A DNA stretch of 64,000 nucleotides from Amoebidium appalachense (taxonomy: Eukaryota > Protista > Ichthyosporea). Positions 28,748 to 41,760 of this stretch are shown here, in pieces. A model generated the notes under the pieces. The model searched no databases. It saw only the letters and a program-made list of their open reading frames with translations, and was not told where the DNA came from. Made by a program: the position numbers and the translations under genes. Each line of letters begins with the position of its first letter. Position 1 is the stretch's first letter. Location: the NCBI GenBank assembly GCA_963693365.1, contig CAVNZM010000007.1, forward strand, positions 9,235,962 through 9,299,961, written 5' to 3'.

Positions 28748-29333
28748 AAAACCCCCCAACCCCACCCTCGGGTGCTGTGTGTGACTTTTTCTCCCCTTCA
28801 CGGATCTCTAGTGTTGCCTGCCCTACTGTGCCCTTTTCTGTATATCCGCATTGAAATCGCCATTGTGTCCTTTCACCATGAACTGCATTCTACCCCCCCC
28901 CCCCCCCCCCCTCTCCCTCCCCCCCCTCCCTCCCCCCCCCCCCCCCCCCCCCAACAAATGGGACAGGCGTGGATTCCCCAGGGCATGGGTATCTTGCTTC
29001 TTTTTTTGTGTACAGAATGGTGCGAGGTGAGAGTCTTAGCTGCAGCTGTGGTGTTGTTCTCTGCACCGCAATTCAAGTGTCTGAAGCAAAGAAAACCTTT
29101 TGAATTGCTCCTTTGGAGTCCATCATACCACAAGCCATCACTTTTACTACCTGCACCGCACACACAAGTGACATACACGTGACTGTATCATTTTTAAAAC
29201 AGCCCCTAAAATTTGATTTAGTTTGCTGATTGGTTGGTGGCTGCAGGTGGACCAGCTGTTGGCAGGCATCGAGACAGACAAGGATGGTAACATCAACTAC
29301 GAAGAGTTCGTGCGTGTTATCACAAGCAGTTAG
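24564..29333 (+). CDS. Myosin essential light chain (MYL6/Mlc1/Cdc4-like EF-hand protein, 147 aa)
   Basis: Exons 24564-24566 (ATG|gtaagt), 26374-26508, 27106-27234, 28251-28340, 29247-29333: [27 protein letters not shown]...LRAMDKNP...[74 protein letters not shown] and ELRHVL are ELC hallmarks. Confidence 0.93.
26545..26750 (+). repeat. ~53-bp minisatellite x4 in an MLC intron
   Basis: TTGAGT..ATTGGAGGAGGG..TG..GG.TTAGCTGTCTATTTGCTTATGCTT repeated. Confidence 0.88.
26865..27113 (+). repeat. Tandem duplication including the MLC exon-3 acceptor
   Basis: AGTGCT.AATA.TGATAGGCTTGACTGG...GAGATCTCACC..TTTTACC.TCACAG|ATCAAGAA occurs twice; the acceptors are 138 nt apart (exon starts 26968 and 27106). 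Confidence 0.85.
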
Positions 29334-29980
29334 TTTAGAACATAATTTTCATCCATCATACTCGTATCGATATGGTAGTGCAGGATAGTACCCTTTCTGT
29401 CTGCGGTAAATAGCCTGTTTTTTCCAGATTGTTTGTCAATTATAGTATGAGAACTTGATAGAGCTTGCTGTAGCCGTGGACTTCCTATTGGCTGGTTCCC
29501 TTTCATCGCCTACGTATGCAAACACACTCGTTTCCAAGTATAACACACTACACACTGTACATCATGATGTGAAAATACCCAATCGCATGTTGGGCTTCTG
29601 CTAGGAGCACCGGGTGTTTCAGGCACGAGCGAGACCACTACCCAGGGCCTACCCTTATTCATTCAGAACTTTTTATCGCGAAGTAAAGCTTTTAAATTAC
29701 ATCTGGTGTCTTTTGCGATGCAGCATTACTGAATAATATTTGTAACTCGGTCAACCCCACCCGGTCCGGGTCCTGTCCCTCCCCTCTTCTCCAGTCTCCA
29801 CACAGTCACATACTATGCAGAGTGTATCTACGGACCGTGCACGTGGCACACACATGCCACGTGCACGTATACACGTGGACGTGAGCAAACATACACATAT
29901 ACCTCCTTTATTTTGGTTCTTCCTGTCAATGTTCCACCCGGTACTAGTGGGAGGTGTCTGCTCGTGTGTATCATAAACAA

Positions 29981-30014
<34 letters not shown>

Positions 30015-30410
30015 AATGTAATGTGTGTGTGCGTGTGCGTCCGCGCGTGTGTCACGGTGCACACGTCTAGCTTTCATGATTGAATGTCTTGTGTGCACAC
30101 ACGTGTGAGTGTGTGTGTGCGTGTGTGTGTCTGAAAGCTGTGCGTAGGTAGGACACGTGTGCGTGGACATGCATGTGTCGATTTGGAAAGTGCACTGCCA
30201 CTGCGGACAGTGTGTTTGTGTCAGCGTGTTCATATGATCAGCGGGTGTGCGTGTGTGCGTGTGCGTGTGCGTGCGTACACCGTGTGTGTGTGCACGTGTG
30301 ACTGTGTGTGGGTGGGTGTGTCTGTGTGACACTCACGGTGTGTTCGTGTGTGACTGTACATGTGCACGTGTGCGTGCGTGTGGTAATGATCCGAGTCACT
30401 GCATAAGTAC

Positions 30411-30434
30411 CTACCACCTACTGAGGCGGTGTCT

Positions 30435-30469
<35 letters not shown>

Positions 30470-30536
30470 TTAAAAGGGACCGCCTAAGTAGATGTAAAAA
30501 CGTCGCACGTGCGGCAACACGTCAGTACGTGTTAGC
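30411..30536 (+). repeat. ~126-bp repeat, left arm of an inverted pair with 45463-45581
   Basis: CTACCACCTACTGAGGCGGTGTCTCC(T)nAACTTAAAAGGG.CCGCCT.AGTAGATGTA..ACGTCGCACGTGCGGCAACACGTCAGTACGTGTTAGC; few differences from the partner. Confidence 0.88.
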
Positions 30537-31131
30537 ATGAGTACATACATGTACATTTCTGCTTGTTGTGGACAAAAAATTTAACCTGCATGCATATGAT
30601 CTACTGTACGATGCGTGTCAGTGCCGAAGTTGCAACTGTTGCACCCGACCACCTACGTAGATACATACCGTGCCTGAACGTTGTTTGTTACGCGTTGTTT
30701 GTTGTTGTTGTTGTTAGGAAAATTTAGATAGATGGCCTACATAATATGCATATTAAATGATGCTCTTATACTAAAAGACATACTACTAGACATATTCCTT
30801 TAAACTTTAGAAATACTTAGCCTTATGCAGTAGGCTGGATGTAATAATTGCGTTATTATGCGCAATCCTGGCGCTGGATGATGTGAGCAGGCTGAAGAGT
30901 TTGTAGGCTACATCATGACACATTTGATCGACAGGGCACGGTGCGCTGAAGCTTCCTAAACTGGAACCTGCATTAAGCATACAAAAAGATTGAAGCGGAT
31001 TATGTTTTTTCAAGTTATGTACTCAAATTTTGACCAGCACTGTACTGTATTGAATTAGGGATTAGAAGAAGAGCACACCACCACCACACACACCACCATA
31101 TTTTCACGACCACGTGGGAATGAGTGTGGGA

Positions 31132-33198
31132 CAAGGCCTCCTAAATAGCTCACCGGGCCGAGGCGCGCACTAGACTAATACTCCGGATGACGTAAGAAAG
31201 GGTAGGGCTATCGAAGCCTGTGATCTGACGTACCCCTCCTGGTTAGACTAGATTTAGCGCAAAACGTGTGCATATGAACGCTAAACAGCTAGACGGAATC
31301 ATTGTTTAGCGGCTCACCGGCCCCGTGTTGCAAGCTCCAAACTCCAACAGATGTCACGTCTGCATGTAGTAATGGTGTAATTAATGTTGCAGTCTTCGGA
31401 CGTTTCTTGGCTTGCTGAACCGCGAGGGTGCGACCAAGAGAATTTGGAGGCCGGCATGTAGAAGTTTGTGCAAGTTTGCCCTCCAGCTCCGTGCTGGTGA
31501 GGCACTTAGTCACACCGGAGCGGATCTCGGCGGATAAACTTTGGCAGAGTATGAAGCTTCATACAGGAGCCGAATTTCATAGCTAACCCCCCCCCCCCCC
31601 CCCCCCCCCCCCTCCCCACCACCACCACCACCACCACCACCACCATCACCACCACCACCACCCTCCCCACGTACCCACCCTCCTCCCAACCCTGGGCTTT
31701 CCCAAATCTGACTGGCCAGACCTCAGTCACACACCAAGTCTTGAAGCAGTAGGGCTTAAGCATGCGCAAGCAGGCAGATCTGCCCGGCTGGCCCTGAGGA
31801 TCTCCACCACGAAGTTTCTGGAGCGCCGCCCTGTCTTGGAGCAGGGATAGCCGGCGAGGACGCGGACGGTGCTTTTATTGTGACGATGGAGGTAGTCAAC
31901 AAGGCCCCACTATACCCGGAGACTGATTGAACCGGCCACGCCCACTGTAGGCTTGCCCTGCGGGGCATGAGCGTACAGAATACCGTACTGTGCCGGGCCA
32001 TCTTGCCAGAGGAACGTCGGAATGTGAATACGTTGGTGAGACTGACTGCCGTTTAGAATCACACCTGCCAGGTGTTTCCCAGGGCACACCTTCACTGTAA
32101 CTACTCTGAATGAGATCATCTGCATCTTTTGTTTTGGGTGTTTCGCATGTCTTACAAGTGCCCCACTGGAAGCGGATCCGGAGAAAGTGGCGCCAAGAGA
32201 GAGGAAGGGCGGGGGGGGAGGGGGGGGGGGGGGGGGGGGAGAGAGGGGGGGGGGGGAGGGGATGAGAAAACAGATCTAGTCGGATGTCGGATCCGAAGAG
32301 GGTTCACGGGGGAGAACGGGGGAGGAAGGGTGGTGGTGATTTTAGTGCTGGTGGATACGGGGTTTAGAGGGGAGGTGTAAGGGAGGGAGCGTGCAGTTGT
32401 GGTGGTGGTAACAGCGGTGGTTTCCTTCGAGGAGCAGAGCTACGTAGATAAGGCTTGAGTAGGCCTTTAAAGTGGATCCGGAGTAAAAAATTGGGGGTGG
32501 GAAGGTGTGTTTGTGTGTGGCCGGGGGTGGGGGTGGGGTGGGTGGGTGGGGGGGGGGGGGGGGGGGGGGGGGGGGGAGTAAGGGGAAGTGATGATGGTGG
32601 TGGTGGTGATTCAGTTGGTCGAGAGAGGGAAGGTGGGAGAAAGGGAACACGTTCTGGTGGTGGTAGTGGTGGTGTTTTCTTTCGAGGTGGAGGAGAATAG
32701 ATCTAGTGAAGAAGAGGATCCGAAGGAAATAGGGCGAAACGGGGAGAGATGCTGAGGAGGGATGGTGGCGCCTGGCCTTTGTATTCAAAGCATCACTCTA
32801 TATATCCTGGCCCGAGTTAATCTATTCAGATGCTCAAGTTTTGTGTGAAGATATCTCCCGAGTTTTGAATGTGAGTCAGTAAGTTAGCCGAACTGCTCAG
32901 TTCGCTGGTCAATGGGCGCTCATCAGCCGAACGCAAAACAAGATGCACGCGGTTGTTGCATGTATTTCGGCTTTTAGCTGCAAAAAGCACAAGCTCATGA
33001 CAAATGGGTAGCTGCTGAGAGTCTATAGAGGCACTACCTATCTTTTTCGCGTTACTACTGGAGGAAAACCTCACGAAAGGGTCGCAAACATATGCACTTC
33101 ACTATATACTTCGGCATCAATCGGCGAAACATGGCCCTACCCTTGATGACGTCATTACTCCTATGTGACGCACGGTGCCTCGACCCGGTGAGGCCTTG
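31132..33198. mobile_element. 2.07-kb non-autonomous TIR DNA transposon (hAT- or P-type ends)
   Basis: 8-bp TSD GTGTGGGA on both sides (31124-31131, 33199-33206). TIR CAAGGCCTC[CTAAATAGCTC]ACCGGG(C/T)CGAGGC, with the bracketed 11 bp missing from the right arm. No intact transposase. Confidence 0.85.
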
Positions 33199-33416
33199 GT
33201 GTGGGAATGTAAACAACGGCGGCCCAGGCAGCGGATTCCCCAGCACCTCTTGCCTTGGGGGTTGACGCATAATTGCACCGTTTAGTGAGTTTTTAGTTCT
33301 TTTTACCGTGAATTTGAACTTTAGCACAAAGACCGGGAGACCTCAACACGCGCGAGCTACCTTTTCTAATATTAAATGTAAAACCAAATACACACTCAGT
33401 GAGTACAGCAGGGTTT

Positions 33417-33452
<36 letters not shown>

Positions 33453-35050
33453 GGATTTTAAATCGGCTACTTAGCCGCTACAATGGGTTTGGGTTGAAAT
33501 TGAATTTATTGAATTTGAAAAGACGTTCTCAAAGGCTTAAACACCCTCCTCACAGGAGACGTACGAGCTGATTGGCTTCTTGTTTAGGAGAGAGGACCAA
33601 ACAGTCCCATTGGTCAACTAGCAGGCAGCCTGGCTGACTGGTGTATTGATTTTCGGCAGGAGCAATGCATGATATTAAACAAATCAATGCTGGTTTAAGG
33701 ACCTCTCTGGTATGTGCCTTTTTTCTATGGCTCAATTTATACGGTTTGGTTAATAATACAGTTAAAATATTGATATAAAGCATTAATAAATATATTTAAT
33801 CGTTAATAGTGATTCACAATGGCAAATGGCAGCATGCTAGACCTTTTTAGCTGACACTTTGCGCAACTCTGAATCAAGGAACCTCTAAATAGCGAATGAA
33901 ATCTAACCAGCTTTTGCAGGAAAGCACCGCCCCTGCAAGAGTAGGGGTAAAATGCTTATGGTAAGCAGTGGCAACTTGCTTCACAATCTAATAAATAATG
34001 GTAGCGTGATAGGCGCTTCAAAAGTTCGCACATGACTCCAGCATGAACGGCACCAAACCACTTTATTAGGTATCTGAAGAAAAATACACAAATATTACCC
34101 TCGCTGGTCTTCATCGCTGGTCTTCATCGCTGTTTTTATTTGCAATGAATTGATGCCGTGGGCGGCATATACATGGCTTGCGCGCGCCCTACACCGGCTG
34201 GATGCAGCTCTGGTGCTCTCAGCTACATGTTTCTGGGGAGCTAAACGGACAAGATATTTGCAAAGATCTACCATATACTAAACTTTTTATTTTACGAAAC
34301 CTTTTATATACATTGATTCGTGAACTTTATCTGAAATTGAGGTCCCTCCGGCCGCACCCTACTGCCGCAGTGCGGCTTGGACCCCATCTTTTGCCACCTT
34401 TTTGGATAGACTTAAGCTTAGATCCAAGATCGCAGGACATTTATTCTTCCAATCACGCATGTTGTAAGCAACTTGTAACGTTTTATTGACATTTGATTGG
34501 GTTTAGATCATGGGTTCCTTGGTCAGCAGCTGGCGCGGGATGCTCACCTCGTGTGCCTTTTTCTTCCCCAAGTCTGATTCCTGATCAATTTTTGATGTTT
34601 CTGGCTTGGTACTGAGTTGTAGTCGTTCTTTGTCTTATAGACACAGTCGTTGGAAATACACCAGTTGAAGGAAATATGCTATCCTGCATTATATCACTCA
34701 AGTTGTAGCTGGGCATCACATAGGGTGCTCAGAAAGGCATTGTTGATGTTAAAATAGTTTAGCTAATTCCCAGGCACTTATAATAATTAGGCTGACATCT
34801 TACTCAAGACTTAAACGTCCACTTTCCAAACAGCCTTCTGCCAAATAATTGACATTATGGATAATAGGCACGAGTAATTCCGTACTCATTTATGACAGAA
34901 CCACAAACAAATAATACATGGCTACAAACAAAATACTCTCTGACGGCCAAAATTCTCACGTAAGCAATTCTACACCATTGGCTATCTCATAATAACACAG
35001 CAACATAACACGTTCTTTTCTCTTTCTTGGTTACTTTTTAATTTTTCAAA

Positions 35051-35917
35051 ATGCCAGACTCCGAAAAGTTTGGTACCATTAAACGCACCAAGGACATGTT
35101 TGGCTCCTTCAAGAAGCTAGCAAGCAAGGTTGCACCACATAGTGACCACTCTAACAACACCGTGCATAAAGGAACAAGCACACCAAATGTTTCGCATGGA
35201 GGCATTCAGGCTGTGTACAGGGACATGAAGAGTCCCTCACCAGGATTTTCGGCCCAAGATGGTCATAATAAGCCTCTTTACGGGTCGGTAAGGATGCTGC
35301 AGCGCACGGCAAGCTCGGACCTTGAACCCAGCCACACTTCCAGATATGGCAGGCACGCGGATGTAAACGCAGATGCAGCGGGATTGGATGTATACAGCAC
35401 AGCGTCGACCCTGAAAAAGTCTGTGTCGGTGCCCTACACCAACCAGGTGGGCCTGCGAGCTGGTGCACCTGAGTGCAGGCCGTCCCTTGTGTCTAGCCAT
35501 GCATCCTCCGCTTCTAGCACCCTGACAACGGGTAGCCTCAGTTCCACTGATGACCTGCGAAACACCGAAAACGATTTGTTCAGAAATATGCCTGGGTCGT
35601 CGGATACGACGTCAGAGTCTAGCCCAAGCCCGGAGAGTGTGCGTAGGCTTACACCTATGTATTCGTCTGTTAGCATGCCTATCATTACGCCGCCCACACG
35701 CAACATGTATGCGTGTAGTGCCGCCGGCTGCCATCAAAGCTTCTCCCGGTACTTCCAGCTGCGAAACCACATTGTGCAGGTGCACGGAGCAAATGGTGTG
35801 GGTGCCATGCTCAGGACAAACATAGAGCATGGATACAAGCAGGAGAGGTCGGAGTTGGTCGAGAGGGCAGAGCTTGCGATGGTTCAGGAGGCGGTGATCG
35901 AGGGGACAGTCATGTAG
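35051..35917 (+). CDS. Intronless Ser-rich protein with one C2H2 zinc finger (288 aa)
   Basis: Clean non-repetitive ORF, AAAATG start context, motif YACSAAGCHQSFSRYFQLRNHIVQVH (C-x4-C-x12-H-x4-H). Confidence 0.85.
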   Translation: MPDSEKFGTIKRTKDMFGSFKKLASKVAPHSDHSNNTVHKGTSTPNVSHGGIQAVYRDMKSPSPGFSAQDGHNKPLYGSVRMLQRTASSDLEPSHTSRYGRHADVNADAAGLDVYSTASTLKKSVSVPYTNQVGLRAGAPECRPSLVSSHASSASSTLTTGSLSSTDDLRNTENDLFRNMPGSSDTTSESSPSPESVRRLTPMYSSVSMPIITPPTRNMYACSAAGCHQSFSRYFQLRNHIVQVHGANGVGAMLRTNIEHGYKQERSELVERAELAMVQEAVIEGTVM

Positions 35918-35986
35918 GACGCACTCGGCACGATGTCGAGAAGCTATGTTTTTTTAGGGGCGCTATAATTTTCGTCGAACGGACTG

Positions 35987-36017
<31 letters not shown>

Positions 36018-36847
36018 GTTTATTTGTTTGTTTGCTTGTTTGCTTGTTTGTTTGGTTTCTGTTTTATTGTTGCATGCCGTCGATGGTTAACAAAAGTGCC
36101 AGTTGCTGCAATGTCGTTTGTGCCCATGTATTTTGTTGGAGTTTTCCTGAGGTAATTAGAACGCGAAGGTTTCTGGTTTTTTCTGTGTACCATCAAAGCA
36201 AATATGTGGAGTCCGTGAACACATCAAGTAATGGGATCATGATTGTGGCTCCTTCATAAGGCGGACCCAGCTTTACTGACTGCTCCTAGGCACAAGACTT
36301 AGCCGTTTTCTGATGGCCCCATGCTGTGAGCCTGTATACTGGCACATCAAATTCTAAGGCTTAAATGAGCGCGCAGGGTCACAAAAGTAATGGTACACAC
36401 CAAAATGGTGATGTGTTTGTGTGTCTGTCGCCTGTAGCGATGATGTAGTCAAGATAAGGTATTCGCAACATGATAAGGATATCATTTCTGTATATAGATA
36501 GTGTGCAAGGAAGTCAATTTTCTTGCTCACCTTACTCTGTAAATATTATATTTGACACCCCCAGCTCCAATGGCAGCCTCTCTGTGATTTAACTTGGTGG
36601 GATAAATAGGTGGATATACGAGTGGTGGGATATGCACGGACTCACATTATGTAGTTGGACCTGGATGAGGTATTAAAAAAAAAAAGAATAACCTATTTGC
36701 ATGACAGTGTGACTGTTCAGGTGCGGATGACTTTGCCTGAGTTACGGGGTGGTGAGTACAGGGGTGGCCGGTGCATTTTTGAGGGCCTGAGGGAGGGGCC
36801 TCTACATGTGTGTGGGTGTGTGGGTGTGTTTTGTTTCTGTTTCTGTT

Positions 36848-36882
<35 letters not shown>

Positions 36883-37467
36883 GAGGGGGGGGGGGGACTC
36901 TGTACACATGTGAGGTGTGTGTGTGTGCGTGTGTTTGTCCTTTTGGGGGGGGGGGGGGGGGGGGGGGAGGCTGAGGCATAAATATTGAGGATCTGGTTTG
37001 TATGTCCGGGTGTGAATGTATTCCGTTGCTTGTCTGCACGTGTGGCATGCAGTGGCCACTCCTTGTGAACCACTGTCAGTATGTGCTAGTGCTTGAAAAT
37101 TGGCGCCTGCAATTTCTGGCACACAATGTCATGTGTGTGACCTCTTGTGCCGCTTTTGTTGTGTGTGTGTGTGTGTGAACAAAGCTTCAACCGGGCCGCG
37201 GTTGGGTATCTTTTTTGATGTAGCAGGCCTTGGTGTGAATAATTATTATGCTTTCTGTGCATTGCATTGCATGTACTTGTGTGCACCACGTGTATGTATC
37301 ATACGTGCAGTGCCTGCACATTCACGACTGCTAATGCATATGTAAGAACGTGCTGGGAGCGGTTATACAAAACATCTGCATGCACATCCCTAGTTTTGCC
37401 CACGAATTCCTGCAACAGCCGGTGTACACATCTTGGCCCAATGCCATGAAGGACTCATGTGTGCACT

Positions 37468-37517
<50 letters not shown>

Positions 37518-37547
37518 AGTAAAAAATTGTTTTGGTGTGTGTGAGAA

Positions 37548-37584
<37 letters not shown>

Positions 37585-37651
37585 CCACGCGTAAGTTTGT
37601 GTTTGTGTGTGTGTGGGGAGGGGTGGGAGGAAGCGGGGAGGATGGGAGGGG

Positions 37652-38022
37652 GAGGGCCCAACCACAACGGCTGAATCAACTTGCTCCGAGCAGAATTATT
37701 CTGCAAAAAGCAGAAGTATTGACTGCTTTCGAAAACCTGAACAATCGTGCTTCTAGCAGAATAATTCTGCAAAAGCAGAATAATTCTGCTTTCAGCAGAT
37801 CGATTCTGCTTAATGCAGAATTGTTCTGCTAGAAGCAGGATCAATCCGTTATCGAAAGCAGAATAATTCTTTTTGCGGAATAATTCTGCTGAAAGCAGAG
37901 TGATCTGCTTTTGCAGAATAATTCTGCCTTTTGCAGAATAACTCCGCTTCTTGCAGAGTGATTCCGCTTTTGCAGAATAATTCTGCTTTTTGCATTTGGC
38001 TCTGCCGATGTGGTTGGGCCCC
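37652..38022. mobile_element. Palindrome-rich MITE, copy A
   Basis: Ends GAGGGCCCAACCACAACGGC... / ...GCCGATGTGGTTGGGCCCC; interior built from GCAGAAT(T/A)ATTCTGC near-palindromes. Confidence 0.75.
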
Positions 38023-38051
38023 GAGGGGCGGGGGGGGGGGGGGGGGGGGGG

Positions 38052-38085
<34 letters not shown>

Positions 38086-38213
38086 GTGTGCACGCACGGT
38101 TAAAACATTGTTGTATATCATGGTGGAGGGGGGGATGGAGGTGGAGGGGAAAGGGGGTTGATGAAGTTGTGAAGGTTATATGCATCGCAAGGTGCATATT
38201 ATGCATGCCAAGT

Positions 38214-38679
38214 GAGGACCCAACCACGATATCGGCAAAGTCAACTTGTAAAAAGCAGAATTATTCTGCAAAAGCGGGATTGTTCTGCAAAAAGCGGAAT
38301 TATTCTGCAAATAGCAGAATTATTCTGCAAAAGCAGAATCACTCTGATTTTAACAGAATTGTTCTGCAAAAGCAGAATCACTCTGCTTTTGGCAGTATAT
38401 ATAATTATTCCACAAAAAGCAGAATTATTCTGCTTTCGACAGCAGAATGTTTCTTATCTTAGCATAATAATTCTGCTTTCAGCAGATTGATTCTGCTTTC
38501 AGCATATTGACTCTGCTTTCAGCAGATTGATTCTGCTTTTAGCAGAATGATTCTGCTGTTTGCAGAATGATTCTGCTTTTAGCAGATTGCAATCAATTCT
38601 GCTTTTGCAGAGTAATTCTTGTTTTAGCAGAATAATTCTGCTCGGAGCAAGTTGATTCAGCCGATGTGGTTGGGCCCTC
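38214..38679. mobile_element. Palindrome-rich MITE, copy B, with candidate 4-bp TSD AAGT
   Basis: AAGT|GAGGACCCAACCAC ... GTGGTTGGGCCCTC|AAGT; its right ~50 bp is the reverse complement of the left end of copy A. Confidence 0.78.
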
Positions 38680-39757
38680 AAGTGGTAAACCAAGAGGGTC
38701 AAGGAAGGACCCAGCCTGGGTACCGTACATGTACTACTACTGATTATCACAGTTGAAATAACTTGTGTGTGCCTACATATGTTATCCATAACAAAGGCTT
38801 TCGTACGAAAACTTCAATGCCTCGCAAACTGTGAAGGTGGTCTCTGACTCGCCCAAATGATCATGGATTAGGTATAGAACTTCACAGGGGTGGTGGTTGC
38901 AAAACGGTAGTTGCAATTCAATTGAAAGGGTGATGTGCTCATGGTACTGGCTTTGCAAGCACGAGTAAATTTCTGATCATTCTAAAACTAATTGAGTTCA
39001 CCGGGCAAATCTTTACAGAGTTCTTAAGTGTTTGCCTGTTTGTATGTGCACGGTGTGTGTGCGACTCATTTCAGTGTTTGAGTACAAGTGATTTGCACTG
39101 TGCCTGTGTGAGTGGGTTGAGTCACGGTGTGTGTGCACATGTGTATGTGACTATGTACGTGTGCTGCAGATGTGTGCCACTGGCTGTGTACGGGAAGCGT
39201 GTGCGCCTGATAACACTCTGTGTGTGCCTGCAGTGTACATAACCAGTGTGTGTTGATGTGACTATCTGTACGTATGTGTGTGTCCTTGCCTAAGGGCGTA
39301 TGTGTGCCTGTACATGTGTGTGAGTGTACAGACTGAGTGACTACAGTCTGGTACTGTGTGCCTGTGCATGCTGGGGCACGTGCGTGTGGCTTAGTGAGGT
39401 GAACCTATTTTATTAGTACGGGTTAAAAATAGTTCCACGCAGGCCTGCATGCAGAGACGTCCACGGACACATATTCATTTTAAAGTGTGTATTTGGTTGG
39501 GAGGCACTGCCCGTTGTTGTCATGCTTAGCATGGCCCCTGTCAGCCTCACTATTATATAGGTTCAATGTACCGGTAGGGTCACTGATATACTAATGTATA
39601 TACTAAAAACACCGGAGAGGTCAGTGACACAGGGTCACTGATAAATATCAAAGGGGTTTATCCTGTTTACATATCATGGGCTATACACGCATACATTCAT
39701 ACATATTTACAAACATTCTGAGACAGAAGAAAGATGGATTATAAATTCATCATCCCC

Positions 39758-39789
<32 letters not shown>

Positions 39790-39922
39790 AAAAAACAAAA
39801 AAAAAAACACATCCCCAGACGCGTGACGCTCAACAGACCCCCCCCCCCCCCCCCCCTCTCTCCCCAACCCCTCAAAAAACCAAGAAAAAAAACATCCCCA
39901 CGCATGACGCTCAACAGACTCC

Positions 39923-39962
<40 letters not shown>

Positions 39963-40521
39963 ACCACTACCACCAAAAGACAAACAGCAGCCTCGCGTCC
40001 CTCAAGGCTCGGTTTCAGGGGCACTGCCAAGGCATTCACTTTGCCCAAGACAACTTGTGTGACTTGATGAATGCCTCAACACCACCAGGTGTGTTGCGGA
40101 TCTCTTGTTCCAACTCTACAGCAATCTCATTGGCCCCCTTGCTGTTGCCGGGCATGTCCAGCCGGCGCTGAATCTCGTAAATGGGCGGCGGAGGCCCCAT
40201 CGTTTGCGCTGGCTTTCGACACATACCCACGTGTCCTTCTTGCTGCCTTTGAACTGCGCCACCACCTGCGGGTGTTTGGTTAGTGGTTGGTGACACATGC
40301 AATGATGTCATGCAGAGTGTCTTTTTTTCCTTTTTTTTTTTAGTTTGTTTGTTTGTTGTTGTTGTCCCAGGGGCGGGGGGAAGGGGGGGGGGGGGGGGGG
40401 GAATAGTCTCTGCTTATATCATGTCCGCAACCACATCAACATGATGTAACTGTTGGTGATATGCCTGAAGCCGGTTTAAAAACTGTTGAATCAATATATC
40501 ATCTGGCTACATATCATGGTT

Positions 40522-40745
40522 TTGTTTTGACTGCTTTTCTTTGGCATGCATGTTTGACTGCTTTTCTTTGGGATGCATGTTTGACTGCTTTTCTTTGGGA
40601 TGCATGTTTGACTGCTTTTCTTTGGCATGCATGTTTGACTTCTTTTCTTTGGGATGCATGTTTGACTGCTTTTCTTTGGCATGCATGTTTGACTGCTTTT
40701 CTTTGGGATGCATGTTTGACTGCTTTTCTTTGGGCATGTTTGACT
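40522..40745 (+). repeat. 27-bp minisatellite x8
   Basis: TGTTTGACTGCTTTTCTTTGG(G/C)ATGCA tandem, inside the last intron of the GCR1_C-like gene. Confidence 0.93.
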
Positions 40746-41508
40746 GATGTTAGGAGCGATGATGAATGTACTGCTAGGACAAAGTGGGTGCTAGGTTGGA
40801 GAAAGGCGGGCATACACATAGGACACGTTTACACGACGTCACTCATAAACCTCAAGACCACAGGTACCCACGTACAGGCACGAACACCCACATGCACGCA
40901 GGCACGCACACACACACGCACACGCACATGCACACACACACACCCACACAGACAAACACACACACATGCACACACACAAACACCCACACACACACGCACA
41001 ACCTGCCAGGCACTAACCCTCACACATCAAGTCACACATCTACACATGAGCACACGCACGCACATCGCATGCACACACACACACATACAGAGCCTCCTCT
41101 TCAACAACCACGTACCTGACTCAAAGGGATTCGCTCCTTGCCGTCCCCATAGTCCCACCCACGTGTCCACTCCTCCCACATCTCCGGTACTGTCAGATTT
41201 GGGGCCACAAGATGAGCATACTGTGTGCAGCGCACATACTCAACGCGGGGCCTCCTGCTCTGTTGGATACCTCCTTTTTCCGAGGGAGCAGTGGGGCGCT
41301 TGGAAGACGAGACTTCTGAAGGGAATGCGTATGTATGAGGTATTTAGTTTGGAGAACGTGTGGCTAAAAAAAGCGATCCGCATGTCATGTAGTATTACCA
41401 CTGCACAAGAGCCTGGAAGCGCGGGGGAGTATGAATAGAGTTGTGTTTGTAAAATGTGCCAGAGAAACGAAAGAACAAATACGCGGGGAGGAAGGGGGCT
41501 GGGGGGAA

Positions 41509-41543
<35 letters not shown>

Positions 41544-41760
41544 TGGGAACAGGGAGACGATCCATCGAGGTGTCTTGTGACTGGATACCGGCTCTGACAC
41601 GATTATACAAAAAGAAAAAGGTGGAAGGCAGAGGTGGCCTAGGGAACCGGATAGGAAGTCTCGGGACTAGCAGTGCCTGTGTTGTATGCACATACACACG
41701 TGCGTGTGTGCATGCGTGCATGTGGGTGGGGGGAGGAGGGGCCGGGGGGGGGGGGGGGGG

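Noticed and set aside
37680-40745. CRISPR-like arrays (GCAGAATTATTCTGC units; 27-bp repeats)
   Set aside because: No unique spacers and no cas genes in a eukaryotic context; these are MITE subrepeats and a minisatellite.
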